Source: Somniosus microcephalus
Lineage: Eukaryota
DNA length: 64,000 bases
NCBI GenBank assembly: GCA_052327205.1
Contig: JBMRGM010000035.1
Coordinates: forward strand, 13,702,001-13,766,000
Direction of reading: 5' to 3'
Part shown: piece after piece, positions 1-12,617 of the stretch
How positions within the stretch are numbered: position 1 is the first letter of the stretch
How the letters are laid out: the number at the start of each line of letters is the position of its first letter
The notes under the pieces: generated by a model
Database searches by the model: none
Told to the model about the DNA's origin: nothing
The model's input: the letters and a program-made list of their open reading frames with translations, nothing else
Position numbers and translations under genes: made by a program

Positions 1-3000
1 ATAGTGTGCCGCCAGTGTTACACAGCTTCTCTCCTCCCCCAGTAGGAATGGGAGTTTTTGGTTGTCATTCAGATTTCTGAATTCAGGGCATATTTGTGAG
101 AATTTTTGGTAGAAATTCTCCCTGATGCCCTGATATTTTCCACAGGCTGTGAGGAAGTGCATCTCTGTCTCCACTACTCCCTGACTGCAGTGAGAGCATA
201 TCCTGTCCTCTCTTGGCAGCCTGGTCTGTCTGTGTCTGCCTTTTTCGATCGCTAGGCTATGTTCGCTAAGTCTGTACCTTGTCAAGGTTCTTCTCAGTTT
301 GTTATCCTTTACCATGGTCAGGTAATCAGCTATGTTGTATTGTCTGTTTAGGGCCAAGTAGGAATTGAGTTTGCTTTGGGTTTTTGTTGTTTCTGCCCAA
401 TATGTCAGATATTTTTCCTTTTGCTTTGCGACGATTGTGTTGGGTCGAATTCTTTGTGTTACCCTGTCACTGTCCTGGGGCTGGTTATTGTTAGTAGTTA
501 CTTCACTGAGTCCCAGGACTAGTTGACTGAGGGTATTCTTCTTTATGGTCAGCTCTTGGCATTTCAGGGCGTCGTAGTGATAGCATTGGGGGTTGCTCAT
601 TTGTAGGTGATTCCAAAATTTGGTGGCTCTTTTTTGGATAGTGATTATTAATGGATATTGGCCTAGTTCCGCCCTGCATGCATTGTTTACTGTTTTCCTT
701 TGAGTCCGGAGGATACTTTTACAGAATTCTGCATGTAGGATCTCAATTGGGTGTTTGTCCCATTTTGCAAATTCTTGTTGTGTTAGCGGTCCCCATACCT
801 CACTGCCATAGAGTGCAATTGGTTCAATTACTGATTTGAAAATTTTTAGCCAAATGCTAATTGGGATTTCTATTTGGATTGACTTTTTGATGGCATAGAA
901 AGCCCTTCTTGCTTTCTCTTTCAGTTCATTCACAGCCAGTTTGAAGTTTCCCGTAGAACTGATCTTTAAGCCCAAGTATGTGTAGTTAGTGATTTGTTCA
1001 ATTTTGGTTGTTCCTACTGTGAAATTTATTTTGGGTCCCTGATGTTTGGATCTTTGCTGGAACACAAGGACTTTGGTTTTTGGGGGATTTATTGTCAGGG
1101 CCCAAGTCTGGCAGTACGACTCCAGCAGGTCCAGATTCTGCTGTAGACCCTCCTTAGTTGGTGACAGCAGGACCAGGTCGTCTGCATAGAGGAGGAATTT
1201 AACCTTGGATTCATATAGGGTGAGGCCGGGTGCTGTAGATTGTTCAAGTAGTTTTGCTAATCCATTAATGTAAATATTAAAGAGTGTCGGTGAGATTGGC
1301 GAGCCCTGCGTCACCCCCCGCCCCTGTGGGAAGTATTTTGTTTGTTTGTCTCCAATTTTAACTGCACATTTGTTGTTTGTATACATTGATTTAATTACAT
1401 CATATGTTTTCCCTCCTACCCCGCTTTCGAAACGTTTCAGGAATAAACCGTCATGCCAGATGGAGTCGAAAGCCTTCTGGAAATCAACAAAGCATGCGTA
1501 GATTTTGCTTTTGTTATGGTGAACGTGTTTGTCAATTAGGGTCTGTAGGGTGAAGATATGATCGGATGTTCTATAGTTTGGCAGGAATCCAATTTGGCTT
1601 TTACTCAAGACATTGTACTCCACAAGGAAGTTTATAAGTCTTTTGTTTATGATGCTACAGAATACCTTCCCCAGGTTACTGTTTACACAGATGCCTCGAT
1701 AGTTGTTTGGGTCGATTTTGTCCCCACTTTTGTATATGGGCGTTATGAGTCCTTTGTTCCAGATGTCAGGGAAATAACCGACACTCAGAACCAAGTTGAA
1801 GAGTTTTAGGATAGCCAGTTTCATTTTGTCGTCTGCGTGTTTAATCATCTCGTTTAGTATGCCGTCTGTCCCGCAAGCTTTTCCTGGTCGCAGGTCCTTG
1901 AGTTTTTCAAGAAGTTCTTTTTCTGTTATTATGGCGTCTAGCGGGTTTTGGTTATCTTTTATGGCCATTTCTAGCTTTTCCAGTTTTTTGCATATTTGGT
2001 GTTGCTCTGGCCTTAGTGTGTTTTTCTGGTATAATTTTTCAAAGTGGTTTACCCATGTGTCCCCATTTTGAATGGACAAATCGTCGTGTTGTTTTTTGTG
2101 TAGTGTTTTCAAGTTGTCCCAGAAAAAATTGGAATCAATGGATTCCTCCATGGAGCTGAGTGTATTCTTAATATATTGCTCTTTTTTGGTTCTGAGTGTG
2201 TTTCTGTATTGTGTTAGTGTCTGACAATAAGTAAGGCGTAATTCCTCGTTTTCTGGATGTCTGTGTTTTTGGTTTGATATTTTTCTAAGCTTTTTCCTCA
2301 TGTTATGGCAATCTGGGTCAAACCATTTTTCATAGTTTTTTGTTTTGGGTTTGTTCTTGCGAGCTTTCAAGTTTGCACTTGTTGCCAAATTATCAAAAAT
2401 ATTGTTTAGGTTAATAACTGCCCGGTTTACGCCTTCTTTATTGTGAGTGTATATGTTACCCAGAAAGGTGTCTAAGAGAGCTTGAGTTGATGCATTGCTA
2501 ATTGTTTTCTGGTATTTTTCCGTGTCGTTTTTGGCCCATCTGTACGATTTTTTGGTGTTGTACAGTTTACTGCGTTGTGTTTCTATGTTGTTTGTTTCTG
2601 TCTTTTTGAGATACATAGTAATATGACTGTGATCTGAAAGTGTTGTTTGTGGTTTGACTGTGAATGCTCTGAAAGAGGATGGGTCAAAGTCTGTAATCAT
2701 ATAGTCTACTGTGCTGCAGCCAAGAGTTGAGCAATAGGTCGATCTTCCTAGGAGGTCTCCTATGAACCTACCATTGACAATGTACAGACCCAGGTTTCGA
2801 CAGAGCTGTAGTAGCTGTTTTCCGTTGGTATTTGACTGCTTGTCGCAGTTATGCCAGTATGGAAGGGAAGGGATGTCAAAGTGGTTATTCCCGAATACGT
2901 AATTGTTTACCTGATTATTGGTGAAGTCTGGTTCTTCACCCGCTCTTGAATTGAGGTCCCCACAGATCAACACGTTCCCCTGGGCCTGGTATTGGATAAT

Positions 3001-3426
3001 TTCCCCCTCCATGTTGCAGAAGGTGTCCTCTTTAAAGTGCGGGGAATCAATTGGAGGGATATAAAGTGCGCAAATGTAAACATCTTGGGTTTTTGAGATA
3101 ATCTCCCTCTCAAGTTTGAGCCACATGTGGTTTTCGCCCTTTTTTATAAATTTGATGTAATTCTTAAGTTCTGTTTTAAACCAGATCAGTATGCCTCTGG
3201 AGTCTCTGCCTTGGGTTACACTTGGTAATTTATTGGAGGGGACCACCAGCTCAGTGTACCCTTGGGGACAGCCAGTGTGTCCTTTTCCTTTATACCAAGT
3301 TTCCTGTAAAATGATAATATCTAGATCTTTAGTTTCATCTATGAACTCTGGGGTCCAACTCTTCACGTCTAGCACCGAAGAGCGTAGACCTTGGATATTC
3401 CAGGTCGAAATATATAAGGATTTCAT
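1..3426 (-). CDS. LINE ORF2 (AP endonuclease + reverse transcriptase), apparently uninterrupted for at least 1142 codons; runs off the window edge
   Basis: ATG at 3426 gives MKSLYISTWNIQGLR...DIIILQETW. GDLNSR is at about 2960, NYRGICV at about 1700, FQKAFDSIWHDGL at about 1470 and FLLYADDLVLLS at about 1190. The same frame reaches base 1 (..TLAAHY). No closed ORF is listed for this frame in the track, consistent with no internal stop. Confidence 0.85.
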   Translation of the reverse strand, partial: MKSLYISTWNIQGLRSSVLDVKSWTPEFIDETKDLDIIILQETWYKGKGHTGCPQGYTELVVPSNKLPSVTQGRDSRGILIWFKTELKNYIKFIKKGENHMWLKLEREIISKTQDVYICALYIPPIDSPHFKEDTFCNMEGEIIQYQAQGNVLICGDLNSRAGEEPDFTNNQVNNYVFGNNHFDIPSLPYWHNCDKQSNTNGKQLLQLCRNLGLYIVNGRFIGDLLGRSTYCSTLGCSTVDYMITDFDPSSFRAFTVKPQTTLSDHSHITMYLKKTETNNIETQRSKLYNTKKSYRWAKNDTEKYQKTISNASTQALLDTFLGNIYTHNKEGVNRAVINLNNIFDNLATSANLKARKNKPKTKNYEKWFDPDCHNMRKKLRKISNQKHRHPENEELRLTYCQTLTQYRNTLRTKKEQYIKNTLSSMEESIDSNFFWDNLKTLHKKQHDDLSIQNGDTWVNHFEKLYQKNTLRPEQHQICKKLEKLEMAIKDNQNPLDAIITEKELLEKLKDLRPGKACGTDGILNEMIKHADDKMKLAILKLFNLVLSVGYFPDIWNKGLITPIYKSGDKIDPNNYRGICVNSNLGKVFCSIINKRLINFLVEYNVLSKSQIGFLPNYRTSDHIFTLQTLIDKHVHHNKSKIYACFVDFQKAFDSIWHDGLFLKRFESGVGGKTYDVIKSMYTNNKCAVKIGDKQTKYFPQGRGVTQGSPISPTLFNIYINGLAKLLEQSTAPGLTLYESKVKFLLYADDLVLLSPTKEGLQQNLDLLESYCQTWALTINPPKTKVLVFQQRSKHQGPKINFTVGTTKIEQITNYTYLGLKISSTGNFKLAVNELKEKARRAFYAIKKSIQIEIPISIWLKIFKSVIEPIALYGSEVWGPLTQQEFAKWDKHPIEILHAEFCKSILRTQRKTVNNACRAELGQYPLIITIQKRATKFWNHLQMSNPQCYHYDALKCQELTIKKNTLSQLVLGLSEVTTNNNQPQDSDRVTQRIRPNTIVAKQKEKYLTYWAETTKTQSKLNSYLALNRQYNIADYLTMVKDNKLRRTLTRYRLSEHSLAIEKGRHRQTRLPREDRICSHCSQGVVETEMHFLTACGKYQGIRENFYQKFSQICPEFRNLNDNQKLPFLLGEERSCVTLAAHY

Positions 3427-3613
3427 GTTAAGTTTGATCTTTTACTATGATAGGTTAAAGAGTGGTACGTGTTTGTCGTGTCTAAGTGTGGGAAAAAAAG
3501 ATCACCTCAGTTGTCTATAAAAGTTAATACTATTTGGTTACAGTTCTTTCTATTAAGTAGTCCTTGATCCATAAGGCGGAAGTAGATGCTGCTGCACATC
3601 TGCTTATTGTCTC

Positions 3614-5554
3614 TTAATGGATTGTTTCTGTCTGAGGTATTGCGTACGTCCTGTGCATCTCTCCCTCTGTCTGGCTGGGAGCGGTGGTGCAGGTCTGATA
3701 TTGTTGTTTTGCATGGGGATCCTCTCTGGTCTCGGTTGGTGTGGTGGTGGTCTTTGTAGTGTTCCTGATATGTACCCCGCTGATCTCTGGTGGTCGGGGG
3801 CGGGGTCCTCTTGGAGTCTGGGTATGGACCCGGTTAAAAGTGACGTCCTTCAGGGCTTTAGCAAAGATCGATATTCTTTTCCTTTGGATGTGGACGTGGT
3901 CGTAAAGACATTCCTCATCGAGGGTGGGGTGTTGGGCCAGGTGCACGTTGTGGTTTGATTCGCAGTCTCTTGCAATGCTGGCATTTATCTCATGAATTGT
4001 GTTGTTGTTGAAGTCTGTTCTCGGCAATATTGTGGAAACAGTGATTCTAGTGTTTGGGAATGTACTGCTTGCCTTCCTAATCATTGCTCTGAGCGATGTT
4101 GCTACCTCTTTCTGTTGGGCCTTTAGGTCATTTGTGCCCGTGTGTATTATTATGTGTTGGGGGGAGCCTAATCTGGCTTTGGTCAGCCATCCCATGGCTC
4201 TGTCTGTTGTTGGGCAGCAGATCTTTTCTACTTTACTTCTAGGGAAGAGCTTTTTCTCCCAATAAAAATTTCCCATTTGAGTCTATGAGTATTACGATGT
4301 CAGCCTTGTTTGTGTTTACTGTCTGGTGGCTTTCGCCTGGACTCATAGTGTGTGTGCTGGGCTGGGGTGTCTGGTGTGTGCATACCTCTTGTGAGCGGCT
4401 CGCTTGTGGTTCCACGGTGGTGGGGGAAGATTGAGAATCAGTATGCTGGTCGGTCTGTGTGGCACCCCTTGTATTGTGTGTCTGTTGCTTTTGTTCCGTG
4501 TGCAAGTGCAGCCGTTCCGTCCGGCGCTGTCTTGTCTTATCTCTAGCCTCTGGTTGCTGGTCTAATGGTGTTATCTCTCCTCTATGGCTCTCTTCTTTTT
4601 CCTGCAGCTCTTTCACCTGATTCCTAAGTAGATTCACCTGGTTCTCAAGTAGATTCAGCTCTCTCTTGTGTCTCTCCCTCTCCTGCTTTTGTTCGTGATT
4701 CATTTTGAGGAACTCCTCTCTAAGTTTAACCATCTCTATCTCTAATTGATTAAATTTATCTTTTGGTTGTATCTGGCTGTGTGATCCCGGGGTATGTGTC
4801 TGGTCGGCCCTGGAAGGCTCACTCACTTCCTGGCTATGCTGCTCTTCTCTTGGTGAGCTGGGATTGGTAGGGGGACTATGTGTGGCTTCCTCCCTGGTAG
4901 TTATGCTGGGGTTTGTCAGTTGTATCGTGTGGCTGTGGGTCCCTGGGGTGAGTGTCTGGTTTGAACTGTGTGGCTCGTTCACCTCCTGACCAGGCAGATT
5001 TCCTCCTGGTAAGTTGTCAATGTTGGGGGGAGTGCGGGCCACTCTGGGGCTGTTCCTTCCCCTCTTAGTTAATTTTTTCAGTGTCCTGAAGGCAGTTGCA
5101 AATTTGTCGAGGTTGCCTTGCACTAATATTGTTCCGGTATTAAACGCGTTGACAGTCGTGGTTGAACTGTCTCCTGGTGTGTTAATTTCATTTTGGACCC
5201 ATTTGCGGTATTTTCTATCTTAACACTGGTATAGTGTGATTTAATTGCTGTGATCCAAGCCGCTGGCTGATCTGAGTAGAAAATGAGGTTACTTTTTGTC
5301 CCATTGATGTACCAGTCAGTAAAAAGACTTTCTGCGTTTTCCCTCATCTGATCATGTTTGATCGCTTTTATAGCTTTTTTTGTGGTGTTGGGGGGAATCT
5401 GGAAGCGGTTGCTCTCAGTGTCCCTCGGGGGCTGTTGTGGATCTTCTGATTCGCTCATTTTTGGTAAAGTATTGTTGATCTTTGAATAAGCTTTTCTGGG
5501 GCCCCGGGTTTGGTGTTTCCCTCTCCCTGTTCGCGACCTTTCCCGGTCCCCCAC
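3614..5554 (-). pseudogene. LINE ORF1 (coiled coil + SGNH/GDSL esterase), split by two frameshifts
   Basis: ORFs 5123-5554, 4239-5123 and 3614-4276 join in order. Motifs: NTGTILVQG, coiled coil FNQLEIEMVKLREE, VILIDSNG, IIIHTGTNDL, LYDHVH. Confidence 0.75.
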
Positions 5555-5949
5555 CGACCCCGTGGTCCCTGGGCCTCGGCTCCTGGGTTCACCCTTCTCA
5601 GGTCTGAGTCTGTGAGCCGCTGTTTCCCGGTGCCTTTGGGCTGTTCCCCTCCCCCTCAGAGGTCTCTGGGCCTCTGTCTCGGCCTGGCTCCTCGGGCCTT
5701 TCCCTGGCTTCAGTCTCCCTCCTTGGGTCCTGTACTCACAGTCTTGGTTTGCTTCTGGGAGCCTTCTGGTTGCTCCCCTTCTCCTCAGAGGTCTCTGGGC
5801 CTGGCTCCTCGGGCCTTTCCCGGGCTTTCTATCCCAGCCGCCGCTCGGGCTGTGCCTCGTTCACCGTTTGGATGCTGGATTGCGGCCGTCGCTCGGGTGC
5901 TGGACTGCGGCCGCCGCTCGGGCCGTGTCTCGTTCGCCGCTCGGGATCC

Positions 5950-6135
5950 CTGAGTCACCTCGCTCCGGCTGCCGCTGCGTCTCCGTGCGGCCTCCCCGAT
6001 TCGCCTCGCCTCGTTTCCCGAAGCGGCCTCCCCGAGTCACCTCGCTCCATCTGCCGCTGCGTCTCCGTGCGGCCTTCGCTGAGTCACCTCGCCTCGGTTC
6101 CCGATGCGGCCGAGTCACCTCGCTTCTGCTGCTGC
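5950..6135. repeat. Short tandem repeats inside the LINE 5' UTR (GAGTCACCTCGC...GCCGCTGCGTCTCCGTGCGGCCT)
   Basis: GAGTCACCTCGC recurs at about 5952, 6034, 6080 and 6112. The region is CpG-rich. Confidence 0.7.
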
Positions 6136-6470
6136 TGTGGCCCCGTGCGGCCGCTGTTCGGGTTCTTCTATGGGTTTGTATATTTCTTCCCTTATTTCTT
6201 TTTGCTTTGGCTTTTTTTTTTCTAATTTCCTCTGTTTTTTTTTTTCCTTTGGTGTTCTTTTTGGCAGACTTTTCCTTCCTTACTTAATCTAGACTAATCT
6301 AAACTTAAACTTAACTAAACAAAACTAAGCTAACTTAACTAGAAATAAATTTAACTTTAAAACCTTTTAAAACTTGAAATGAAACTTTTTTCCCCACTTT
6401 AGACACTAAAAACACTAAAATCTCAGCAGCCCATCTTCAGCGTGTGTATTCACTCCGTCTGCTCACTCAT

Positions 6471-6898
6471 CTTTGTCTCTTTGTCTTTGTCTCTCTCTCT
6501 CTTGCCATCATTCTCTGTCTCTCTCTTGCCAGCTTTCTCTCTCTCTCTCTCTCGCCTGCTTTCTCTGTCTCTCCAGGTTTCTTTCTCTCACCAGCTTTCT
6601 CTGTCTCTCTCTCTCCAGCTTTCTCTGTCTCTCTCTCTCCAGCTTTCTCTCTCTCTCTCTCGCCAGCTTTCTCTGTCTCTCTCTCCAGCTTTCTCTGTCT
6701 CTCTCTCCAGCTTTCTCTGTCTCTCTCCAGTTTTCTCTGTCTCTCTCTCCAGCTTTCTCTGTCTCTCTCCAGCTTTCTCTCTCTCTCCAGGTTTCTCTGT
6801 CTCTCTCCAGCTTTCTCTGTCTCTCTCCAGCTTTCTCTGTCTCTCTCCAGCTTTCTCTTTCTCTCTCTCCAGCTTTCTCTCTCTCTCTCCAGCTTTCT
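6471..6898. repeat. CT/GA-rich minisatellite (CCAGCTTTCTCTGTCTCTCTCT)n, block 1
   Basis: Direct inspection; 20-26 bp unit. Confidence 0.95.
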
Positions 6899-8818
6899 CC
6901 AATTCCAATTCCAATTCCAATTAAAATGCTTTATTGGCATGAAAGTTTACAGAGAACCATATTGCCAAAGCTTACATAGCAAAAAGGTACAGTTTTCCAA
7001 CATTCTGTAGGTGTCAATCGATTTGACATTTGTTGGGTACATACAATATTACTTTTAAACAATATTAATTTTAAACAGTCTTTGTACTTCATTTGGTACG
7101 TTCAATATTAATTTTAAACAGTCTTAATTTTAAACAGTCCTCAGGTTGTGACATGTTGTTACATATTTGGCCCCAAGGTATGGTCTGTCTCCTTCTCCTA
7201 GGACTAATCTCAATTTTGACAGATCATCCAATTCCTTGAAATCTGGGGTTGTTTGGCTTAGCTTGTTGAATAATATGTTTCTTGATGTGTTGAATTTTTC
7301 GCATTTTAGGAGGAAATGCATTTCTGTTTCAACCTCGCCAGCCAGACATTGATCGCATATTCTATTCTCTCTAGGCTGCCAGGATTTCTTGTATCTGCCT
7401 TTTTCAATTTCCAGTTGGTGGTCGCTTAGTCTGTACCTGGTGAGGGTCTGTCTCTGTTTTGTGTCTCTGATGGTCGTGAGGTAGTCTGCCAGTTTATATT
7501 CTCTTTTTAGGGCCCGGTAACATTCTAATCTGCTTTGGCTTTCGGTTATTTTGTTCCAATGTTCCAGGTAGGTTTCTTTGCATTTTTTAATGATTTGGTT
7601 CACTCGGATTGGTGTTTGGGCGGCTGTGTTGGTCTGGGGCTGGTCAGGGTCCGGCTGAGTACTTAGTTTCCGTAGCAGCTGACTCAGGGGACTCTTTTCT
7701 GGGTTTAGCTCTTGGGTCTGAAAGGCTTTGAAATGAAGGGTGTCTGGGGAGCTAGATTTGAGGTGATTTAGGAAGTTTAGTGCTCGTTTTTGGATGTTTA
7801 TTATCAGTGGGTATCTGCCTAGTTCGGCTCTGCATGCATTTGTTGGCGTTTTCCTTTGGGTGCGAAGGATGCTTCGGCAGAATTCTGCATGTAGGGCTTC
7901 TATTGTATGTTTTTCCCATTTAGTGTAGCTTTGGTGATTTAGCGGGCCCCATACTTCACTACCGTACAGTGCAATGGGCAGGATTATGCTGTCAAATATT
8001 TTGAGCCAGATTTTGATTGGGATTTGGATGTTGTAGAATTTTCTTTTTATTGCATATAGGGCTCTTCGGGCTTTTTCTTTTAGTGCATTCACTGCTATGC
8101 TGAAGCTCCCTGATGCTGTAATAGTTAGACCAAGGTAGGTGTAGCTCATAGTGTGTCCTATAGTGATATCACTGAGGGTAAACTGGTATTTGTTTTCCTG
8201 ACATCTGGGCCTTTTTTGAAAAATCATGATGTTGGTTTTCTTTAGATTTACTGTTAGAGCCCAATTTTGGCAGTATTTGTCGAGTAGGTCTAGTTGTTGC
8301 TGTAATCCCTGTTCTGTGGGAGACAGCAGAACCAGGTCGTCTGCATAGAACAGGGATTTCACTTCTCCATCTAGGAGACGGAGACCTGGTGACTCGCTTT
8401 GCTCCAGCATGTCTGCTAATTCATTTATGTATATGTTGAACAGGGTCGGGCTCAAATTGCAGCCCTGCCGGACGCCTCTTCTCTGGGTGAAGAAATCGGT
8501 GCGTTTGTCTCCAATTTTGACCCCGCATTTGTTTTTCAGATACATTGATTTAATAAGGTCATAGACTTTGCCCCCTATTCCACATTGAAGAAGTTTATAA
8601 TAGAGCCCTTCGTGCCATATAGAGTCAAAGGCTTTCTTGAAGTCGATGAAACAGGCGAATATTTTCCCATTTTTTGTTTGGTGTATATGTTTTTCAATGA
8701 GGGTGTGAAGGGTATAGATATGGTCGGCGGTGCGGTGTTTTGGAAGAAAGCCTATTTGGTTTTTTCTGAGGATATTATGTTTGTTAAGAAAATCAAGTAA
8801 TCTACTATTTAGAATACT
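6899..8818 (-). mobile_element. 5'-truncated RTEX-like LINE (family B, copy 1): RT C-terminal half, 3' UTR and (TTGGAA)n tail
   Basis: ORF 7130-8545 contains LFYADDLVLLS and a C-terminal RICDQC..EMHFLLKC. The 3' end reads CATGCCAATAAAGC followed by a repeat tail at 6899-6922. Truncated at AGAATACT (8818). Confidence 0.9.
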
Positions 8819-9648
8819 CTTTCTCTCTCACCAGCTTTCTCTGTCTCTCTGCAGCTTTCTCTATCTCTCTCTCCAGCTTTCTCTGTCTCTCTCTCCAGCT
8901 TTCTCTGTCTCTCTCTCCAGCTTTCTGTCTCTCTCCAGCTTTCTCTATCTCTCTCTCCAGCTTTCTCTGTCTCTCTCTCCAGCTTTCTCTGTCTCTCTCT
9001 CCAGCTTTCTCTGTCTCTCTCGCCAGCTTTCTCTGTCTCTCTCTCCAGCTTTCTCTGTCTATCTCGCCAGCTTTCTGTCTCTCTCCAGCTTTCTCTATCT
9101 CTCTCTCCAGCTTTCTGTCTCTCTCTCCAGCTTTCTCTGTCTCTCTCCAGCTTTCTCTCTCTCTCTCTCCAGCTTTCTCTGTCTCTCTCTCCAGCTTTCT
9201 CTGTCTCTCTCGCCAGCTTTCTCTTTCTCTCTCTCCAGCTTTCTCTTTCTCTCTCTAGCTTTCTCTGTCTCTCTCTCCAGCTTTCTCTGTCTCTCTCGCC
9301 AGCTTTCTCTGTCTCTCTCTCTCCAGCTTTCTCTGTCTCTCTCTCCAGCTTTCTCTGTCTCTCTCTCCAGCTGTCTCTCTCTCTCCAGCTTTCTCTCTCT
9401 CTCTCTCCAGCTTTCTCTCTCTCTCTCTCCAGCATTCTCTATCTCTCTCTCTCGCCACCTGTCTCTCTCTCTCTCGCCAGCTTTCTCTGTCTCTCTCTTG
9501 CCAGCTTTCTCTGTCTCTCTCTCACCAGCTTTCTCTGTCTCTCTCTCTCGCCAGCTTTCTCTGCCTCTCTCTCGCTAGCTTTATCTGTCTCTCTCTCTCC
9601 AGCTTTCTCTGTCTCTCTCTCCAGCTTTCTCTGTCTCTCTCTAGCTTT
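8819..9648. repeat. CT/GA-rich minisatellite, block 2
   Basis: Same unit as block 1. Confidence 0.95.
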
Positions 9649-12617
9649 CCAATTCAATTCAATTCCAATTCAAATGCTTTATTGGCATGAAAGTTTACAG
9701 AGAACCATATTGCCAAAGCTTACATAGCAAAAAGGTACAGTTTTCCAACATTCTGTAGGTGTCAATCGATTTGACATTTGTTGGGTACATACAATATTAC
9801 TTTTAAACAATATTAATTTTAAACAGTCTTTGTACTTCATTTGGTACGTTCAATATTAATTTTATACAGTCTTAATTATAAACAGTCCTCAGGTTGTGAC
9901 ATGTTGTTACATATTTGGCCCCAAGGTATGGTCTGTCTCCTTCTCCTAGGACTAATCTCAATTTTGACAGATCATCCAATTCCTTGAAATCTGGGGTTGT
10001 TTGGCTTAGCTTGTTGAATAATATGTTTCTTGATGTGTTGAATTTTTCGCATTTTAGGAGGAAATGCATTTCTGTTTCAACCTCGCCAGCCAGACATTGA
10101 TCGCATATTCTATTCTCTCTAGGCTGCCAGGATTTCTTGTATCTGCCTTTTTCAATTTCCAGTTGGTGGTCGCTTAGTCTGTACCTGGTGAGGGTCTGTC
10201 TCTGTTTTGTGTCTCTGATGGTCGTGAGGTAGTCTGCCAGTTTATATTCTCTTTTTAGGGCCCGGTAACATTCTAATCTGCTTTGGCTTTCGGTTATTTT
10301 GTTCCAATGTTCCAGGTAGGTTTCTTTGCATTTTTTAATGATTTGGTTCACTCGGATTGGTGTTTGGACGGCTGTGTTGGTCTGGGGCTGGTCAGGGTCC
10401 GGCTGAGTACTTAGTTTCAGTAGCAGCTGACTCAGGGGACTCTTTTCTGGGTTTAGCTCTTGGGTCTGAAAGGCTTTGAAATGAAGGGTGTCTGGGGAGC
10501 TAGATTTGAGGTGGTTTAGGAAGTTTAGTGCTCGTTTTTGGATGTTTATTATCAGTGGGTATCTGCCTAGTTCGGCTCTGCATGCATTTGTTGCCGTTTT
10601 TCTTTGGGTGCGAAGGATGCTTCGGCAGAATTCTGCATGTAGGGCTTCTATTGTGTGTTTTTCCCATTTAGTGTAGCTTTGGTGATTTAGCGGGCCCCAT
10701 ACTTCACTACCGTACAGTGCAATGGGCAGGATTATGCTGTCAAATATTTTGAGCCAGATTTTGATTGGGATTTGGATGTTGTAGAATTTTCTTTTTATTG
10801 CATATAGGGCTCTTCGGGCTTTTTCTTTTAGTGCATTCACTGCTATGCTGAAGCTCCCTGATGCTGTAATAGTTAGACCAAGGTAGGTGTAGCTCATAGT
10901 GTGTCCTATAGTGGTATCACTGAGGGTAAACTGGTATTTGTTTTCCTGACATCTGGGCCTTTTTTGAAAATCATGATGTTGGTTTTCTTTAGATTTACTG
11001 TTAGAGCCCAATTTTGGCAGTATTTGTCGAGTAGGTCTAGTTGTTGCTGTAATCCCTGTTCTGTGGGAGACAGCAGAACCAGGTCGTCCGCATAGAACAG
11101 GGATTTCACTTCTCCATCCAGGAGACGGAGACCTGGTGACTCGCTTTGCTCCATCATGTCTGCTAATTCATTTATGTATATGTTGAACAGGGTCGGGCTC
11201 AAATTGCAGCCCTGCCGGACGCCTCTTCTCTGGGTGAAGAAATCGGTGCGTTTGTCTCCAATTTTGACCCCGCATTTGTTTTTCAGATACATTGATTTAA
11301 TAAGGTCATAGACTTTGCCCCCTATTCCACACTGAAGAAGTTTATAATAGAGCCCTTCGTGCCATATAGGGTCAAAGGCTTTCTTGAAGTCGATGAAACA
11401 GGCGAATATTTTCCCATTTTTTGTTTGGTGTATATGTTTTTCAATGAGGGTGTGAAGGGTATAGATATGGTCAGCGGTGCGTTGTTTTGGAAGAAAGCCT
11501 ATTTGGTTTTTTCTGAGGATATTATGTTTGTTAAGAAAATCAAGTAATCTACTATTTAGAATACTGCAGAATAACTTCCCTAGACAACTGTTGACACAGA
11601 TGCCGCGGTAGTTATTTGGGTCTGATTTGTTTCCACTTTTATATATGGGGGAGATTAGTCCTTGGCACCAGATATCGGGAAAACAGCCTGAGCGTAATAT
11701 GATGTTGAATAGTTTGAGTATCGCACCCTGCATCTCCATATTGCTGAACTTGAGCATTTCATTTTTGATGTTGTCTGGGCCACAGGCTTTCTTTAGGTGG
11801 AGAGATATTGTTTTTGTGGCCAGTTCTTTCCATGTGATTGGGGAGTCTAGAGGGTTTTGGTTGTCTTTAATTGTTGCTTCTAATGTGTGGAGTTTTTCTG
11901 TGACCTGATGTTGACTTGGGTTTGTTTCGTTTATTGGGATGTCTTTGTAGAGGTTTTCAAAATGTGTTCTCCAGATGTCGCCATCTTGGATTGGTAATGC
12001 TTGCAATTGTGTTGTACTCAGGTTATTCCACATTTCCCAGAATTGTTTTGGATTGGTGAAGTTTTCAATTTCTTCGAGTATTTTGTGGGTATAGTTTTGT
12101 GTTTTGTTCCTAATGGTGTGTTTATATCTTTTGAGGGTTTCATTGTATCTAGTACGTAGGTCCGGATTGTTTGGTTGGCGATGCTTTTGGTTTGATATTT
12201 TTCTCAGGTCTTTTCTGGCATTTTTGCATTCGTGGTCAAATCATTTCTTATTTTTATTTTGTCTTTTGTGACGCTTCCTCTTCTGTTTCACAAGGTCGGC
12301 TTTTACAGCTGCCTCATGGAAGATCATATTTATATACTCTATGGCCATGTTTAAACCATCTCTGGTGATCTCGTATGGGTTTTCTTTAAATTTTGATATT
12401 TTACTTGTGAGATCAGGTGACATTAGTGCTGTGATGAATTTTTCTCCACTGTCTGGGGCCCATCTGTATGTCTGGTTTATTATATGGAGCTTACTGGGTT
12501 CCTTTTTTGTGTCTGTAGTTTGGGCAGAAAGTTTAAGGTACATATTTATTTGGTTATAGTCTGAGAGGGGGGATTGCTGCCTGACAGTGAATGAGTTGAT
12601 ATCACAGGGGTCCAGGT
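9649..12617 (-). mobile_element. 5'-truncated RTEX-like LINE (family B, copy 2), near-identical to copy 1, with stops and a frameshift; (TTGAA)n tail
   Basis: ORFs 12241-12543, 10906-12033 (NYRGICVNSCLGK, YADD) and 9872-11011. The 3' UTR matches 6920-7130 almost base for base. Confidence 0.9.

Larger units (their letters stand above)
1..6470 (-). mobile_element. Near-full-length RTEX-like non-LTR retrotransposon (family A): 5' UTR, esterase-type ORF1, APE-RT ORF2; 3' end lies outside the window
   Basis: GC/CpG-rich 5' UTR at about 5550-6470. ORF1 pieces carry SGNH esterase motifs and ORF2 carries APE and RT motifs. The C-terminus LTRYRLSEHSLAIEKGRH..RICSHC..VETEMHFL is the type seen in RTEX/RTE-related elements. 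The clade is assigned from recalled motifs. Confidence 0.85.

Noticed and set aside
5510-6292. Overlapping Pro/Arg/Ser-rich ORFs
   Set aside because: By-product of the GC-rich LINE 5' UTR.
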